A stretch of DNA of 35,789 bases, taken from positions 1-35,789 of the forward strand of contig JBEDEQ010000001.1 of assembly GCA_041175645.1 (NCBI GenBank), given 5' to 3'. The notes under the pieces are model-generated. The model was not told the origin of the DNA, did not search any database, and saw only the letters and a program-made list of their open reading frames with translations. A program made the position numbers and the translations under genes. Shown one piece after another: positions 18,514-29,600 of the stretch; the first letter of the stretch is position 1; every line of letters starts with the position of its first letter. Source of the DNA: Actinomycetota bacterium. Lineage in GTDB: Bacteria > Actinomycetota > Actinomycetes > Actinomycetales > Microbacteriaceae.

Positions 18514-19632
18514 GTGTTCGACCGCCTGCCCGAGTACCCATGGGAGCAACTCAAACCCTACGGTGAAAAGGCTCGCGCGCACGATGGTGGCCTGGTTGAC
18601 CTTTCGGTTGGCTCGCCAGTAGACCCAACGCCCGAAATCATTCGCTCTGCTCTAGAAGCCGCCTCTAACTCACCTGGCTACCCTTCGACCGGTGGTTCAG
18701 CGGCGTTCAAAGCCGCAGTGGTCGAGTGGTTTGCTAGACGCAGACAGGTGCCTGGTCTCACTCCCGAAAATGTGATGCCAAGCATCGGGTCGAAAGAACT
18801 GATTTCGTTTTTGCCGCTTCTATTAGGGCTCGGCAAGGGTGATGTCGTTGTTCAACCCAAAGTGGCTTACACCGCATACATCGTCGGTGCGGCTTTGGTC
18901 GATGCCGAAATCGTTAGTGAAGACGACCCAAGTCTTTGGCCCGACAACACCAAGCTGGTCTGGATCAACAGCCCCGGCAACCCCGATGGTCGAGTTCTTG
19001 ACGTTGAACAGATGAAAGCTGCCGTTGATCGTGCCCGTGAACTGGGAGCGGTTCTAGCCAGTGACGAGTGCTACGCAGAACTCGGCTGGGATGCTTGGTC
19101 GAACAAACTGATTCCGTCGGTGCTTGACCCTCGAGTTTGCGGAGGCGACTTCACGAACATCCTCGCTCTGTATTCTCTGAGCAAACAGTCGAATATGGCT
19201 GGGCACCGAGCCGCTTTTGCCGCTGGCGACGCGGCTCTGGTTAAGTCGCTCGTGAACATTCGCATGCACGCCGGTTTAAACACGCCGGCACCGGTGCAGC
19301 ACGCGATTGCAGTGGCGCTCGCTGATTACGATCACGTGGCGACAGAAAAAGAGATTTACCGCGCCAGACGCGAAGTTCTGTTGCCAGCGGTCAAAGCCTT
19401 TGGCTTCGAGGTTACCGACAGTGAAGCAGGTCTATACATCTGGGCAACACTCGGTGAAGATTGCTGGGTCACGGTGTCGCGTATGGCCGAGCTCGGCATC
19501 CTGGTTGCACCTGGATCGCTGTATGGAACTAGCTCACTGAAGCATGTGAGATTTGCCTTGACTGCCACTGATGAGCGCATTGCCGAGGGTGCTAGACGCC
19601 TTCAAAATGCCATAGGCTTGGAACACCGCTAA
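18514..19632 (+). CDS. dapC: N-succinyldiaminopimelate aminotransferase
   Basis: LPEYPW, DLSVGSPVDP, WINSPGNPDG, SDECY, SLSK (PLP Lys); conserved fdxA-dapC order. Confidence 0.92.
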   Translation: MFDRLPEYPWEQLKPYGEKARAHDGGLVDLSVGSPVDPTPEIIRSALEAASNSPGYPSTGGSAAFKAAVVEWFARRRQVPGLTPENVMPSIGSKELISFLPLLLGLGKGDVVVQPKVAYTAYIVGAALVDAEIVSEDDPSLWPDNTKLVWINSPGNPDGRVLDVEQMKAAVDRARELGAVLASDECYAELGWDAWSNKLIPSVLDPRVCGGDFTNILALYSLSKQSNMAGHRAAFAAGDAALVKSLVNIRMHAGLNTPAPVQHAIAVALADYDHVATEKEIYRARREVLLPAVKAFGFEVTDSEAGLYIWATLGEDCWVTVSRMAELGILVAPGSLYGTSSLKHVRFALTATDERIAEGARRLQNAIGLEHR

Positions 19633-19648
19633 ACCCTTAGGAGCAACG

Positions 19649-20932
19649 TTGACCGACCAGGTTAATGCCGACAAAGTCACCCTGAACTATCCGGGTGGTA
19701 CGGCAGAGTTTCCGATTCTGCCTTCAGCCGCCGGCGACGATGTAATCGACTTTTCTAAGCTAAATGCCGCCACCGGCTTGAATGCTTTCGACCAGGGTTT
19801 CGTCAACACCGCATCAACCAAATCTGCCATCACCTATATCGACGGTGACGAGGGAATTCTGCGTTATCGCGGGTATCCGATTGAAGAGCTTGCGGCCAAA
19901 AAGACTTTTGTTGAAGTTGCCTATCTTTTGATTTACGGAGAGTTGCCAAACGAGACACAGTTGGCAGATTTTGATGGCCGCATTCGCCGTCACACGTTGA
20001 TTCACGAAGAGCTGAAGAACATCTTCCACGCGATGCCGCAGAACGCGCATCCGATGTCGGTACTGGCTGCAGGCGCTTCAGCTCTCTCGACTTTTTATCA
20101 AGACTCGCTGAACCCACACGACGAAGAGCAGGTGGAGCTGTCAAGTATTCGCATGCTTGCAAAGATGCCTGTTCTAGCTGCCTATTCATACAAAAATGCG
20201 CTTGGACAAGCACTTCTATACCCAGACAACTCTCTAGGCTTTGTTGAGAATTTCTTGCGGATGTGTTTCGGCAACATGGCCGAGCCTTACCTTCAGAACC
20301 CTGTCGTAACAAAGGCTCTAGACACGCTGTTCATTCTTCACGCCGACCATGAGCAAAACTGCTCAACCTCTACGGTGCGCTTGGTGGGCTCTTCGCAGGC
20401 CAACCTGTTCGCTTCTGTTTCGGCAGGTATTTCGGCGCTGTTTGGTCCACTTCACGGCGGTGCTAACGAAGCCGTTCTCGAGATGCTCACCGACATTCGC
20501 GACTCGGGCGACTCGGTGCAACGCTACGTTGAGCGTGTCAAGAACAAAGAAGACGGTATTCGCCTGATGGGCTTTGGCCACCGCGTCTACAAGTCATTCG
20601 ACCCGCGCGCCAAGATTGTCAAGGCAACCGCCGATCGAGTTCTCGCCGAGCTCGGCGTCAGTGACCCGCTTCTAGACATCGCGAAAGAACTCGAGGCTGC
20701 AGCTCTGGCTGACGACTACTTCGTCGAGCGCAAGCTCTACCCGAATGTCGATTTCTACACCGGTGTGATCTACAAGGCAATGGGGTTCCCTCCACGCATG
20801 TTCACTGTGCTCTTTGCGATTGGCCGCCTACCGGGTTGGATCGCTCACTGGCGCGAAATGAATCAAGACCCAGCCACCAAGATTGGCCGCCCTCAGCAGC
20901 TATATATCGGTGCTCCAGAGCGCCACATTTAA
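19649..20932 (+). CDS. gltA: Citrate synthase (type II-like)
   Basis: LHADHEQNCST, GPLHGGAN, RLMGFGHRVYK, YPNVDFY, GWIAHW; SD aggag before TTG. Confidence 0.97.
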   Translation: MTDQVNADKVTLNYPGGTAEFPILPSAAGDDVIDFSKLNAATGLNAFDQGFVNTASTKSAITYIDGDEGILRYRGYPIEELAAKKTFVEVAYLLIYGELPNETQLADFDGRIRRHTLIHEELKNIFHAMPQNAHPMSVLAAGASALSTFYQDSLNPHDEEQVELSSIRMLAKMPVLAAYSYKNALGQALLYPDNSLGFVENFLRMCFGNMAEPYLQNPVVTKALDTLFILHADHEQNCSTSTVRLVGSSQANLFASVSAGISALFGPLHGGANEAVLEMLTDIRDSGDSVQRYVERVKNKEDGIRLMGFGHRVYKSFDPRAKIVKATADRVLAELGVSDPLLDIAKELEAAALADDYFVERKLYPNVDFYTGVIYKAMGFPPRMFTVLFAIGRLPGWIAHWREMNQDPATKIGRPQQLYIGAPERHI

Positions 20933-20947
20933 TCGCTCTAGGCTGCT

Positions 20948-21517
20948 CTAGTTCGAATAGAAGTACAGCACGGTATCGCCGTAGCTTTTTTCCTCATCAA
21001 GCGTTAGGTACTCTGGCGCGCTTACAACGCCAGAGCGGCTCGATCTCTCGACGATCACCACGGCATCCGCGTTCAAGTGCCCCTCTAGGGCTGCAAGGTT
21101 GGCTGTAACCTCTTCGTTTGTGACTTCGTATGGCGGGTCGATAAACACGATGTCAAAGCGAGTGGATGCTTCGCCTGCGAGCATTGCAGCAACCGACTTA
21201 TTCACAACTTTGGTTTCGGCCTCGAGCTCTTCGTCTTGAAGGGCATTCTGCACGAGGCGGGCATTTGCCACGCATACGGCCGCCGCCTTACCGTCTCGCT
21301 CAACCATCCAGGCGACGCTTGCGCCACGGCTGACGGCCTCTAGTGCGAGTGCACCGGTGCCGGCATAAAGGTCGAGAACATGGCTCGACTCGAGCAAATC
21401 GCGGGATTCAAGCTTTGAAAATAGGCTTTCGCGAATTCGGTCGGAGGTTGGTCTGGTGGTTTTGGCTGGCGAAACGAGTTTTCTCGAGCCTGCGATGCCT
21501 CCGATAATTCTTGTCAT
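20948..21517 (-). CDS. rsmD: 16S rRNA m2G966 methyltransferase
   Basis: MTRIIGG, TRPTSDRIRESLF, LDLYAGTGALALEA.SRGA, FIDPPY, YGDT; alternative start 21526. Confidence 0.94.
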   Translation of the reverse strand: MTRIIGGIAGSRKLVSPAKTTRPTSDRIRESLFSKLESRDLLESSHVLDLYAGTGALALEAVSRGASVAWMVERDGKAAAVCVANARLVQNALQDEELEAETKVVNKSVAAMLAGEASTRFDIVFIDPPYEVTNEEVTANLAALEGHLNADAVVIVERSSRSGVVSAPEYLTLDEEKSYGDTVLYFYSN

Positions 21518-21532
21518 GTCTAGCATTGAACC

Positions 21533-23722
21533 ATGCTTTTACCTCTTGAGCCGCTAGACCGCGTTTTGGGTGACCGAACCGCCAAGTCTTTTGCGCGCCA
21601 TTTGGGGCTAAAGACCGTGGCCGACCTGCTCACTCACTATCCGCGACGCTATTCTTCACGCGGTGAACTCACACCGATTGCCGACCTGCCGATTGGCGAG
21701 TCGGTTTCGATCGTGGCCGAGATCGTCGATGTTCGAGAGCGACGCATGACTGGGCGCAAGGGCAGCATTCTCGAGGTGCGCATTACCGACGGTAACGGCG
21801 TGCTCTCACTCACTTTCTTCAACCAAGCCTGGCGGGCACAGACTTTGAAGCCAGGTGTACGAGGTTTGTTTGCAGGCAAGATCGGTTCGTATCAAGGCAA
21901 ACTGCAGCTGACACATCCTGACTACGAGTTGTTTGCCGATGAGGTTGACCAGAGCGCAGCTAAGGCTTGGGCCGACCTGCCGATTCCGATCTACCCGGCA
22001 GCTTCGGCCGTAACCACGTGGATGATCGCCCGAGCCATGGGCGTGGTGCTAGACACACTCGCACCGATCGAAGATGAGGTGCCGGCCGAGCTTGCGAAGG
22101 CTGAGGGCCTGCTCGACCTGTCTGACGCGATCGCGAAAATTCACCGCCCAGCCGTAGCCACCGACTGGCAAGCTGCCAGAGACACTCTCAGGTTTCACGA
22201 GGCGTTCTTGCTCCAAGCCACGCTGCTCAAACGTCGCGCCGATAACTCACATACCATAACCACTCCTCGGGTTGCCGCTGCGGGCGGCGCACTAGAAACT
22301 TTCGACGCCGCTCTGCCTTTCGAGTTGACTCGCGGTCAGGTCGAGATAGGGCAACAGATTCTCGAAGATCTGAGCGCAGAGCATCCAATGAATCGCCTTT
22401 TGCAAGGTGAAGTTGGTTCTGGAAAAACTCTGGTTGCGGTTCGCGCCATGCTTGCGGTTGCCGACTCGGGCGGGCAGTCAGCGTTGATTGCCCCAACCGA
22501 GGTGCTGGCCTCGCAGCACTTTGCCTCGATTGAACGCACTTTGGGCACCGAACTTGCCAAAAAGGTCGGTCTCACCCTGCTGACCGGTCAGCAGTCGGTT
22601 GCCGATCGCAAGCGGGGGCTGCTTCAGATTGTCAGCGGCAAGGCTGGGTTGGTGGTTGGAACGCACGCGCTTATTGCGGACAAGGTTGAGTTTCTTGACC
22701 TAGGACTGATTGTCGTTGACGAGCAGCATCGATTCGGGGTCGAGCAGCGAGAGGCGCTGCGCCTCAAAGGCAAACTACCGCCGCATGTGTTGACTATGAC
22801 GGCCACGCCGATTCCACGCACGCTCGCGGTAACCGTTTTCGGTGACCTTGATGTGTCGACTCTCACCGAGTTACCTGCTGGCCGCAAAGAAATCACCAGT
22901 CACGTGGTCCAAATCAATCAGAGCGGCCTAGTTGCCAGAGTCTGGGCACGCGTTGCCGAAGAGGTTTCGGCTGGGCGTCAGGCCTTCGTGGTTTGCCCGC
23001 GCATCGATGAGACAGATGCAGAGCCCGAGTCGAGTGAAGGGTTTGTAGACGAGGCGGATGCCGCTGCTGAAGACTTGGTCGAACTTGCCACCCCAACCGA
23101 ACCTAAAGCGCCGCTCGCTGCAGCCCTGAGCGTTGCCGAGGGCTTGAAACTCAACCCGGCGCTCGCTGGCGTCAACATCGACGTTCTACACGGGCGCATG
23201 AGTTCTGAACAAAAAGCCGAAGTTATGGCCCGATTTGTGGCCAAAGAAATCGACGTTTTGGTATCTACCACGGTTATTGAGGTCGGGGTCGATGTGCCGA
23301 ATGCAACCGTGATGGTGGTGCTCGACGCCGACCGTTTCGGCATTTCGCAGTTACATCAGTTGCGCGGCCGAGTGGGTCGTGGTGGCCTGCCAGGCTTGTG
23401 CCTGTTGCTGACGACGGCCGAACCCGGCAGCGTGTCGCTCGAGCGTTTGACCGCTGTGGCATCGACCACCGATGGTTTCAAATTGAGCGAGATTGACCTA
23501 GAGCTTCGTCGCGAGGGTGACGTGCTCGGTAAGAGCCAATCGGGTGGCCGCTCTTCGCTGAAGCTGCTCAGAGTGGTTCAAGACGCGACACTTATTGGAG
23601 AAGTTCGTGTGATGGCAGCAAACGTTTTCGCCGCCGACCCGACCCTCGAAAAGCACCCTGCGCTCGCCGCCGCGCTAGAGCGCATCGACCAACAGGCTCA
23701 AGACAACCTAGCGAAGACTTAA
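21533..23722 (+). CDS. recG: ATP-dependent DNA helicase RecG
   Basis: LLQGEVGSGKT, APTEVLA.QH, DEQHRFG, MTATPIPRTL, QLHQLRGRVGRG, OB-fold wedge domain. Confidence 0.97.
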   Translation: MLLPLEPLDRVLGDRTAKSFARHLGLKTVADLLTHYPRRYSSRGELTPIADLPIGESVSIVAEIVDVRERRMTGRKGSILEVRITDGNGVLSLTFFNQAWRAQTLKPGVRGLFAGKIGSYQGKLQLTHPDYELFADEVDQSAAKAWADLPIPIYPAASAVTTWMIARAMGVVLDTLAPIEDEVPAELAKAEGLLDLSDAIAKIHRPAVATDWQAARDTLRFHEAFLLQATLLKRRADNSHTITTPRVAAAGGALETFDAALPFELTRGQVEIGQQILEDLSAEHPMNRLLQGEVGSGKTLVAVRAMLAVADSGGQSALIAPTEVLASQHFASIERTLGTELAKKVGLTLLTGQQSVADRKRGLLQIVSGKAGLVVGTHALIADKVEFLDLGLIVVDEQHRFGVEQREALRLKGKLPPHVLTMTATPIPRTLAVTVFGDLDVSTLTELPAGRKEITSHVVQINQSGLVARVWARVAEEVSAGRQAFVVCPRIDETDAEPESSEGFVDEADAAAEDLVELATPTEPKAPLAAALSVAEGLKLNPALAGVNIDVLHGRMSSEQKAEVMARFVAKEIDVLVSTTVIEVGVDVPNATVMVVLDADRFGISQLHQLRGRVGRGGLPGLCLLLTTAEPGSVSLERLTAVASTTDGFKLSEIDLELRREGDVLGKSQSGGRSSLKLLRVVQDATLIGEVRVMAANVFAADPTLEKHPALAAALERIDQQAQDNLAKT

Positions 23723-23767
23723 ATTTCGGTCGCGACACCTGCACCTCGTCACAGGTAACCTAGTCTC

Positions 23768-24262
23768 ATGCCAAAAATCGCTGTTTACCCAGGGTCGTTC
23801 GACCCGTTCACCGTGGGGCACCTCGACATCGCCGAGCGTGCCAGTGAACTTTTCGACGAACTCGTCGTCGCGGTGGTGCACAACCCAAACAAGACACCAA
23901 TGTTTTCGCTGGTCGACCGGGTTGAGTTGGTAGAACTGTCACTTGCCGAGGCCGGCCTGTCGGGCATCCGCGTGGTTGCTCTCGAATCTGGTCTTCTAGT
24001 TGATTTGTGCGCGGATGTTGAAGCCGACGTCATCGTCAAAGGCGCGCGCTCGGCTACCGATATCGAATTTGAATTTCCGATGGCGCAAATCAATCGTGAG
24101 CTAACCGGCATCGAGACTGCGATTTTGATTTCAGCGCCTGAGCTTTCGCACATTTCTTCAAGCCTGGTTCGCCAACTAGCCCAGAACGGGGGAGATGTGC
24201 GCAAATACGTCGCCAAACCGGTTCAAAAACTGATCGAAAGAAATTCAAAAACTAATGAGTGA
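23768..24262 (+). CDS. coaD: Phosphopantetheine adenylyltransferase
   Basis: YPGSFDPFTVGH, HISSSLVR; TAACCT 6 nt before ATG. Confidence 0.96.
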   Translation: MPKIAVYPGSFDPFTVGHLDIAERASELFDELVVAVVHNPNKTPMFSLVDRVELVELSLAEAGLSGIRVVALESGLLVDLCADVEADVIVKGARSATDIEFEFPMAQINRELTGIETAILISAPELSHISSSLVRQLAQNGGDVRKYVAKPVQKLIERNSKTNE

Positions 24263-24761
24263 AGCACTAGTGATCGCCGTGCACGATCTAATCAACAAGC
24301 CGGGCACGATGCGTGAAAAGCAACTGGATGTTGTGATCGATGAGCCGATGGCAAACTTCGCAATCGGCATTCCAGCGGGTTCAACCATCGAGATTGATGC
24401 CCGTTTTGAGTCGGTTCACGAAGGTATTCTGGTCACCGGAGACGCATTTTCAACCGCTTCTGGTGAGTGCAGCAGATGTCTTGACCCGATTGATTCGGCG
24501 GTTGAGGTGGAATTTCAGGAGCTTTTCGCCTATTCTGGAACAAGCGAAGATGACTTCGTGGTCGAAAACGAGTCAATCGATTTAGATCAGGTCATCAGAG
24601 ACGCGGTAGTTTTGTCTCTTCCGTTCCAACCCGTTTGTAGTGCAGGCTGTAAAGGTCTGTGCGTAACGTGTGGTGCGAAGTTGAATGAAGACCCGCAACA
24701 CGCTCACGAAGCCCCGGTTGACCCGAGGTGGAATGCGCTAACAAACTTGAAGGAAGATTAG
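24255..24761 (+). CDS. YceD/DUF177 family protein
   Basis: C.RCL, IDL...IRD.V.L.LP..P.C...CKGLC..CG, DPRW..L; directly upstream of rpmF. Confidence 0.93.
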   Translation: MSEALVIAVHDLINKPGTMREKQLDVVIDEPMANFAIGIPAGSTIEIDARFESVHEGILVTGDAFSTASGECSRCLDPIDSAVEVEFQELFAYSGTSEDDFVVENESIDLDQVIRDAVVLSLPFQPVCSAGCKGLCVTCGAKLNEDPQHAHEAPVDPRWNALTNLKED

Positions 24762-24763
24762 AG

Positions 24764-24967
24764 ATGCCAGTACCTAAAAGACGCCTCTCCCGCAGCCGCA
24801 CTCACGCACGCCGTTCGCAGTGGAAGGCCGCCGAGGTCACCCTGGTCAAGACCGTTGTCAACGGTAAGACCGTCTACAGCATGCCTCACCGCGCCAAGGT
24901 AGTCGAGGACTCAACAGGTAACGCCCTGTTCCTTGAGTACAAGGGCCGCAAGGTAGCAGACGCCTAA
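24764..24967 (+). CDS. rpmF: 50S ribosomal protein L32 (Cys-free form)
   Basis: [25 protein letters not shown]; yceD-rpmF-rnc order. Confidence 0.95.
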   Translation: MPVPKRRLSRSRTHARRSQWKAAEVTLVKTVVNGKTVYSMPHRAKVVEDSTGNALFLEYKGRKVADA

Positions 24968-24973
24968 AGACTT

Positions 24974-25654
24974 TTGAGTCACGGGCTTGAAGTCTTAATC
25001 GAGCGTCTCGGCGTTTCGATTAGCCAAGACCTACTGACCCAAGCACTAACTCATCGTTCTCACTCTTATGAGAACGGCAATCAACCCAACAACGAACGTC
25101 TAGAGTTTCTAGGCGACTCGGTGTTGGGTTTTGTTGTTACTGCCGAACTTTACAAAAGGTTCGGCGACCTTCAAGAGGGCGAGCTCTCCAGCCTAAAGAA
25201 CTCGGTTGTCTCGGCAAAGGCTCTTGCCGAGGTTGCAGCCGGCATCGGCATTGGCGCTTTTCTGTTGCTAGGTAAGGGCGAAGAAAAAACCGGCGGGCGA
25301 GACAAAGGTAACTTGCTAGCCGATGCCTTTGAGGCAATTCTCGGCGCCATTTACATCGAGCATGGCTTAGCCCGCGCCAGCGATTTGGTTGAGCGATTCA
25401 TTTTTCCGTTGCTCGATAACCACACCGATCTCTTGCTCAACAGCGAACCAAAAACGAAGCTTCAAGAAATCGCTCAAGAGCGCGGTCTCGCAGCCCCTGT
25501 CTACGAAACCACGCACACCGGCCCTGATCACAATCGAATCTTTAGCGCTTCGGTAACCGTAGGTGAAGTCGTCGCCGCGGGTGAAGCCAGAAGCCGCAAG
25601 GGTGCCGAGTCTGAGGCCGCCATTGCAGCCATCAAGGCGCTCGGAGGCAACTAG
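24974..25654 (+). CDS. rnc: Ribonuclease III
   Basis: ALTHRS, NERLEFLGD, LAD.FEA..GA, dsRBD PKTKLQE...GPDH. Confidence 0.97.
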   Translation: MSHGLEVLIERLGVSISQDLLTQALTHRSHSYENGNQPNNERLEFLGDSVLGFVVTAELYKRFGDLQEGELSSLKNSVVSAKALAEVAAGIGIGAFLLLGKGEEKTGGRDKGNLLADAFEAILGAIYIEHGLARASDLVERFIFPLLDNHTDLLLNSEPKTKLQEIAQERGLAAPVYETTHTGPDHNRIFSASVTVGEVVAAGEARSRKGAESEAAIAAIKALGGN

Positions 25655-26586
25655 TGCCCGAGTTACCCGAGGTCGAAACCGTTCGACTTGGCCTTTCGCA
25701 ACACATTATTGGTGCGAGCATCCGAGCCATTGAGGTTCTAGATGAACGAAGCCTGAAACGACACCTACCAGGCCCGCGAGATTTCGTCACCGCCCTGGCA
25801 GATGCGAAAGTTCTGGCAGTTGTTCGTCGCGGCAAATTTCTGTGGCTACCTCTTGAACTGGCCGGTTCGAGCGAAGTGAGATTCGCACTCGTCGGGCACC
25901 TCGGCATGAGTGGGCAGATGCTCATTCGCGATGCGGGTGCAGAGCCAGACAAACTCACCAGAATCGTGATTCACCTCGACTCGCCTGATGGTTCGCAAAT
26001 CGAGTTTCGCTTCGTTGACCAGCGCATCTTTGGTTCGCTGCAAATCGATGAACTTGTTGCCACCCCAGATGGCGGCATTGGTGGCTTCAGCGACAGTGCG
26101 CTTCGGGCAGGGGAGTGGGCGAATAAGATTCCACGATCGGCTGCTCACATTTCGCGAGACCCGCTAGACCCCGAGTTTAATGTTGCGGCTGTAATCAAGC
26201 GGATGCGCGGCAAGAACTCGGGCATCAAGCGCGTGCTTCTCGACCAAGGTGTGGTCAGCGGCATAGGCAACATTTATGCAGACGAGGCCCTCTGGGCGGC
26301 AAAACTGCACTACGACCGCCCGGCCAAAGACATTTCGGCCGCAAAACTTGTCACTCTGATGAGCGAAGTGCAGGGCATCCTGGCTCGCGCAGTTGAGGCC
26401 GGAGGAACCAGTTTCGATGAGCAATACAAAAACGTAAACGGCGAATCGGGCTATTTCGAGGTGTCTCTGAACGCCTATGGTCAAACCGATAAACCTTGTA
26501 ACCGTTGTGGCACGCCAATTAGGCGCGACTCGTGGATGAACCGCGGTTCGCATTTCTGCCCAAAGTGTCAAAAACTCACCCGCTAA
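25654..26586 (+). CDS. mutM: Formamidopyrimidine-DNA glycosylase
   Basis: N-terminal PELPEVE, RRGKFL, HLGMSG, GIGNIYADE, C4 zinc finger. Confidence 0.97.
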   Translation: MPELPEVETVRLGLSQHIIGASIRAIEVLDERSLKRHLPGPRDFVTALADAKVLAVVRRGKFLWLPLELAGSSEVRFALVGHLGMSGQMLIRDAGAEPDKLTRIVIHLDSPDGSQIEFRFVDQRIFGSLQIDELVATPDGGIGGFSDSALRAGEWANKIPRSAAHISRDPLDPEFNVAAVIKRMRGKNSGIKRVLLDQGVVSGIGNIYADEALWAAKLHYDRPAKDISAAKLVTLMSEVQGILARAVEAGGTSFDEQYKNVNGESGYFEVSLNAYGQTDKPCNRCGTPIRRDSWMNRGSHFCPKCQKLTR

Positions 26587-26648
26587 ATGGGGTAATTTTG
26601 TCTGACGGCATTCGCCGTTCATTTAAACGTTGCATAGGTGCGTGAAGC

Positions 26649-29600
26649 TTGTATCTGAAGAGCCTGACCCTCAAGGGCTTTAAGTCGTTCGCGCAGTCGA
26701 CTACCTTCAACTTCGAGCCCGGCGTTACCGCCGTTGTCGGCCCGAACGGTTCCGGAAAATCCAACGTTGTTGACGCCCTCGCCTGGGTAATGGGTGAGCA
26801 GGGCGCTAAGACTCTTCGCGGCGGCAAGATGGAAGACGTAATCTTCGCCGGCACCAGCACCAAGGGGCCACTCGGTCGTGCCGAGGTACTTTTGACCATC
26901 GATAACTCCGACGGCGCACTGCCGATCGACTACAGCGAAGTTACCATCAGCCGCACGCTGTTTCGCAATGGGGGCAGTGAGTACGCAATCAACGGGGATG
27001 CTTGTCGCCTTCTAGACGTTCAAGAACTGTTGAGCGACTCAGGTTTGGGCCGCGAGATGCACGTAATTGTGGGTCAGGGCCAACTAGACGGAATCTTGAA
27101 GGCGTCACCCGAAGAGCGTCGTGGTTTCATCGAAGAGGCAGCCGGTATTCTCAAACACCGCCGCCGCAAAGAAAAGACGCAGCGCAAGCTCGAGGCCATG
27201 CAGGCCAACCTAACCAGACTCAACGACCTTGCCGGCGAGGTACGTCGACAACTAAAGCCACTTGGTCAGCAAGCCGAGGTGGCCCGTCAGGCTGCCGGAA
27301 TCGCCTCGGTAGTTCGTGACGCCAAGGCTCGCTTGCTTGCCGACGACATCGCAGCCCTTCACGATGCTCTGGAAGAGACCGCCAAGAGTGAAGCCGACCG
27401 AAAGGCCGAGCGCAATATTCTTCAAGAGCTATTGGCCGAAAACACAGCGCGCCTTCACTCGCTCGAGGCGGCACAGGTTTCTCCTGAACTAGATGAAGCG
27501 CGCCAATTGGTGTTCGAATACGACTCGGTTACCGAGCGACTTCGCTCACTGCTCTCGATGGCTAATCAGCGCGTCGCATTGCTCAGCGCCCAATCAGAAA
27601 ATGCGGCCGCTCAGGTTGACCCAGCGCAGATCGCTCGCGACGCCGAGAACGCCGAAGCCGAGGCTGTGCGCCTGGCTGCAGCGGTAGAAACCCTCAAGGG
27701 TGCGCTCGCCGAAGCAGAGAAGACTCGCAATATTGCTCGCGATGCCCTCGAGAGGTTCGACAACCAAGCCGCTGAGCAAACCGCGCTCATCTCTCAGTTC
27801 GATCTAGAAAAGTCACGTTTGGCGAATGAGTCGAGTGTGGCCGAGAGCCGCTTGGTGAGCATCCGTGAAGAATTGGCGCGTCACCAGGCCGCACTCGTTG
27901 AGGCGCAAAGCCGCCTAGATGCCAGTTCGGCCGAATACGCTGCCCTAGAAGCTCAACTTCAGGCCGAGGGCGGCAAAGGCGACAGCAATCTCGAACAGAG
28001 CTACGAGGCTGCACAGAAGGCGGTTGCCGACGCGGCTGCCAAGATCGAGCAGCTTCGCGAAGTCATTCACCAAGCCGAACGTGAACGCGATTCTCTCTCT
28101 GCAAAGCGCTCAGCGCTCAACCTCACGCTTGATCAAAAAGACGGTGCTTCATCGGTAACCTCATCTTCGCTGCGCGGTATTCGCGGGCTAGTTGCATCTC
28201 ACATGAAGGTAACCGCCGGCTTCGAAGCAGCAGTTGCAGCGGCACTTGGTTCTCTAGCGGATGCTGTGGTTGCCGACACCCGTGAGGACGGTCTTGCCGC
28301 CATCGAGCACCTCAAGAACAACGATGGTGGACGAGTCGAACTGATTATTGCCGATGTCGATGCCAAGGTTTCGGCTGCGAAGAGCGCTGGCGTGACCGGC
28401 GTCCGAGCTGCCACCGACGTGGTGCAGGCTCCGACGGGCATTCTTGCCCTGTTGGCCGACATTTTGATCGTCGATGACATTGACGCTGCGCGTGCGCTGT
28501 ATGCAAAGGACTCGAGCAGTGTCAAGCAGACCCTTATCACGCTTGAAGGTGACGTGCTCACCGCGAGTGTTATTCGTGGTGGTAGCCAGAGCAAGCCATC
28601 AAAGCTTCAACTAGTCTCTGAGCGCGATGCTGCCGAGGCGCGATTGGCCGAGGTGAACGAGCAAATCGAAACAGCTCGCGGCGAATTGGCCCAAGCGCGT
28701 TCAACCGAAGAGGCTGCCAAGGCGTCGGCTAAAGCAGCACTCGCATCTCTGAACGAGCACGATGCAACCCTTGCTTCGAATGCCGAAAAGTTGGGTCGCT
28801 TGCGCGTGCAGGTTGAGGCTCGTCAAGGTGAAGTAGACCGTCTTGCGACAGTTGCATCTTCAGCTGAGCAGGGCATTGAGGCAGCTGAACTTGCCTTGAG
28901 CCAAGCCATGGCCGCCCATGATGCCTTTGCTTCGAGTGAGAGACCGACCGTCGACGTTTCTGACCGCCACAGCTTGGTTGAGGCGCTCGAAAATGAACGC
29001 CAGAAAGAGCTGGATGTTCGTGTCGACCTCGGCGCGGCAGTCGAGCGACTTCGCGTTGAACTAGAGCGCGCCGAAACTCTAAAGGCTCAGGTTGGCGAAG
29101 CCACGGCAGCTATCGAACGTGCCCAGGCCGCGGCCGCTGCCCAGGCCAAGGCGCTTGAAAACTCACGCAAGGTTCTCGATGTGTTGCCGGCCGTCATGGA
29201 TGCAGTTGCCGCAAAGTCTGCCGAAGCCAAGGTGAAACTCACCAACCTCGACGCTGCTCGCCAAAACCAGTTCAGTGAATTAGTTCGTCTTCGTGGCGAA
29301 GTCGCAGAGACCCAAATGAAGTTGAGCACTCTAACTCAGAGCGTTCACGACATCGAGCTTGCCAACCACGAGAAGCGCTTGAACTTGGCAAACCTTGTAG
29401 GCAAGGCGCACGACGAGCTCGTCCTAGAGCAGTCGGTCTTGCTCGCCGAGTATGGTCCAGACCAGATGGTTCCGTCAGACATCGATGGCGAACCTGCCAC
29501 CGCCTACGACCGAGACGAGCAGGTCAAACGCCTGCGCGACGCCGAGCGCGTTCTCGAACGTCTTGGTCGAGTCAACCCCCTCGCACTCGAAGAATTCGCG

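Noticed and set aside
23010-23115. Acidic insertion in RecG as a possible intein or mobile insert
   Set aside because: Short low-complexity loop without intein terminal motifs, in a region that is variable in actinobacterial RecG
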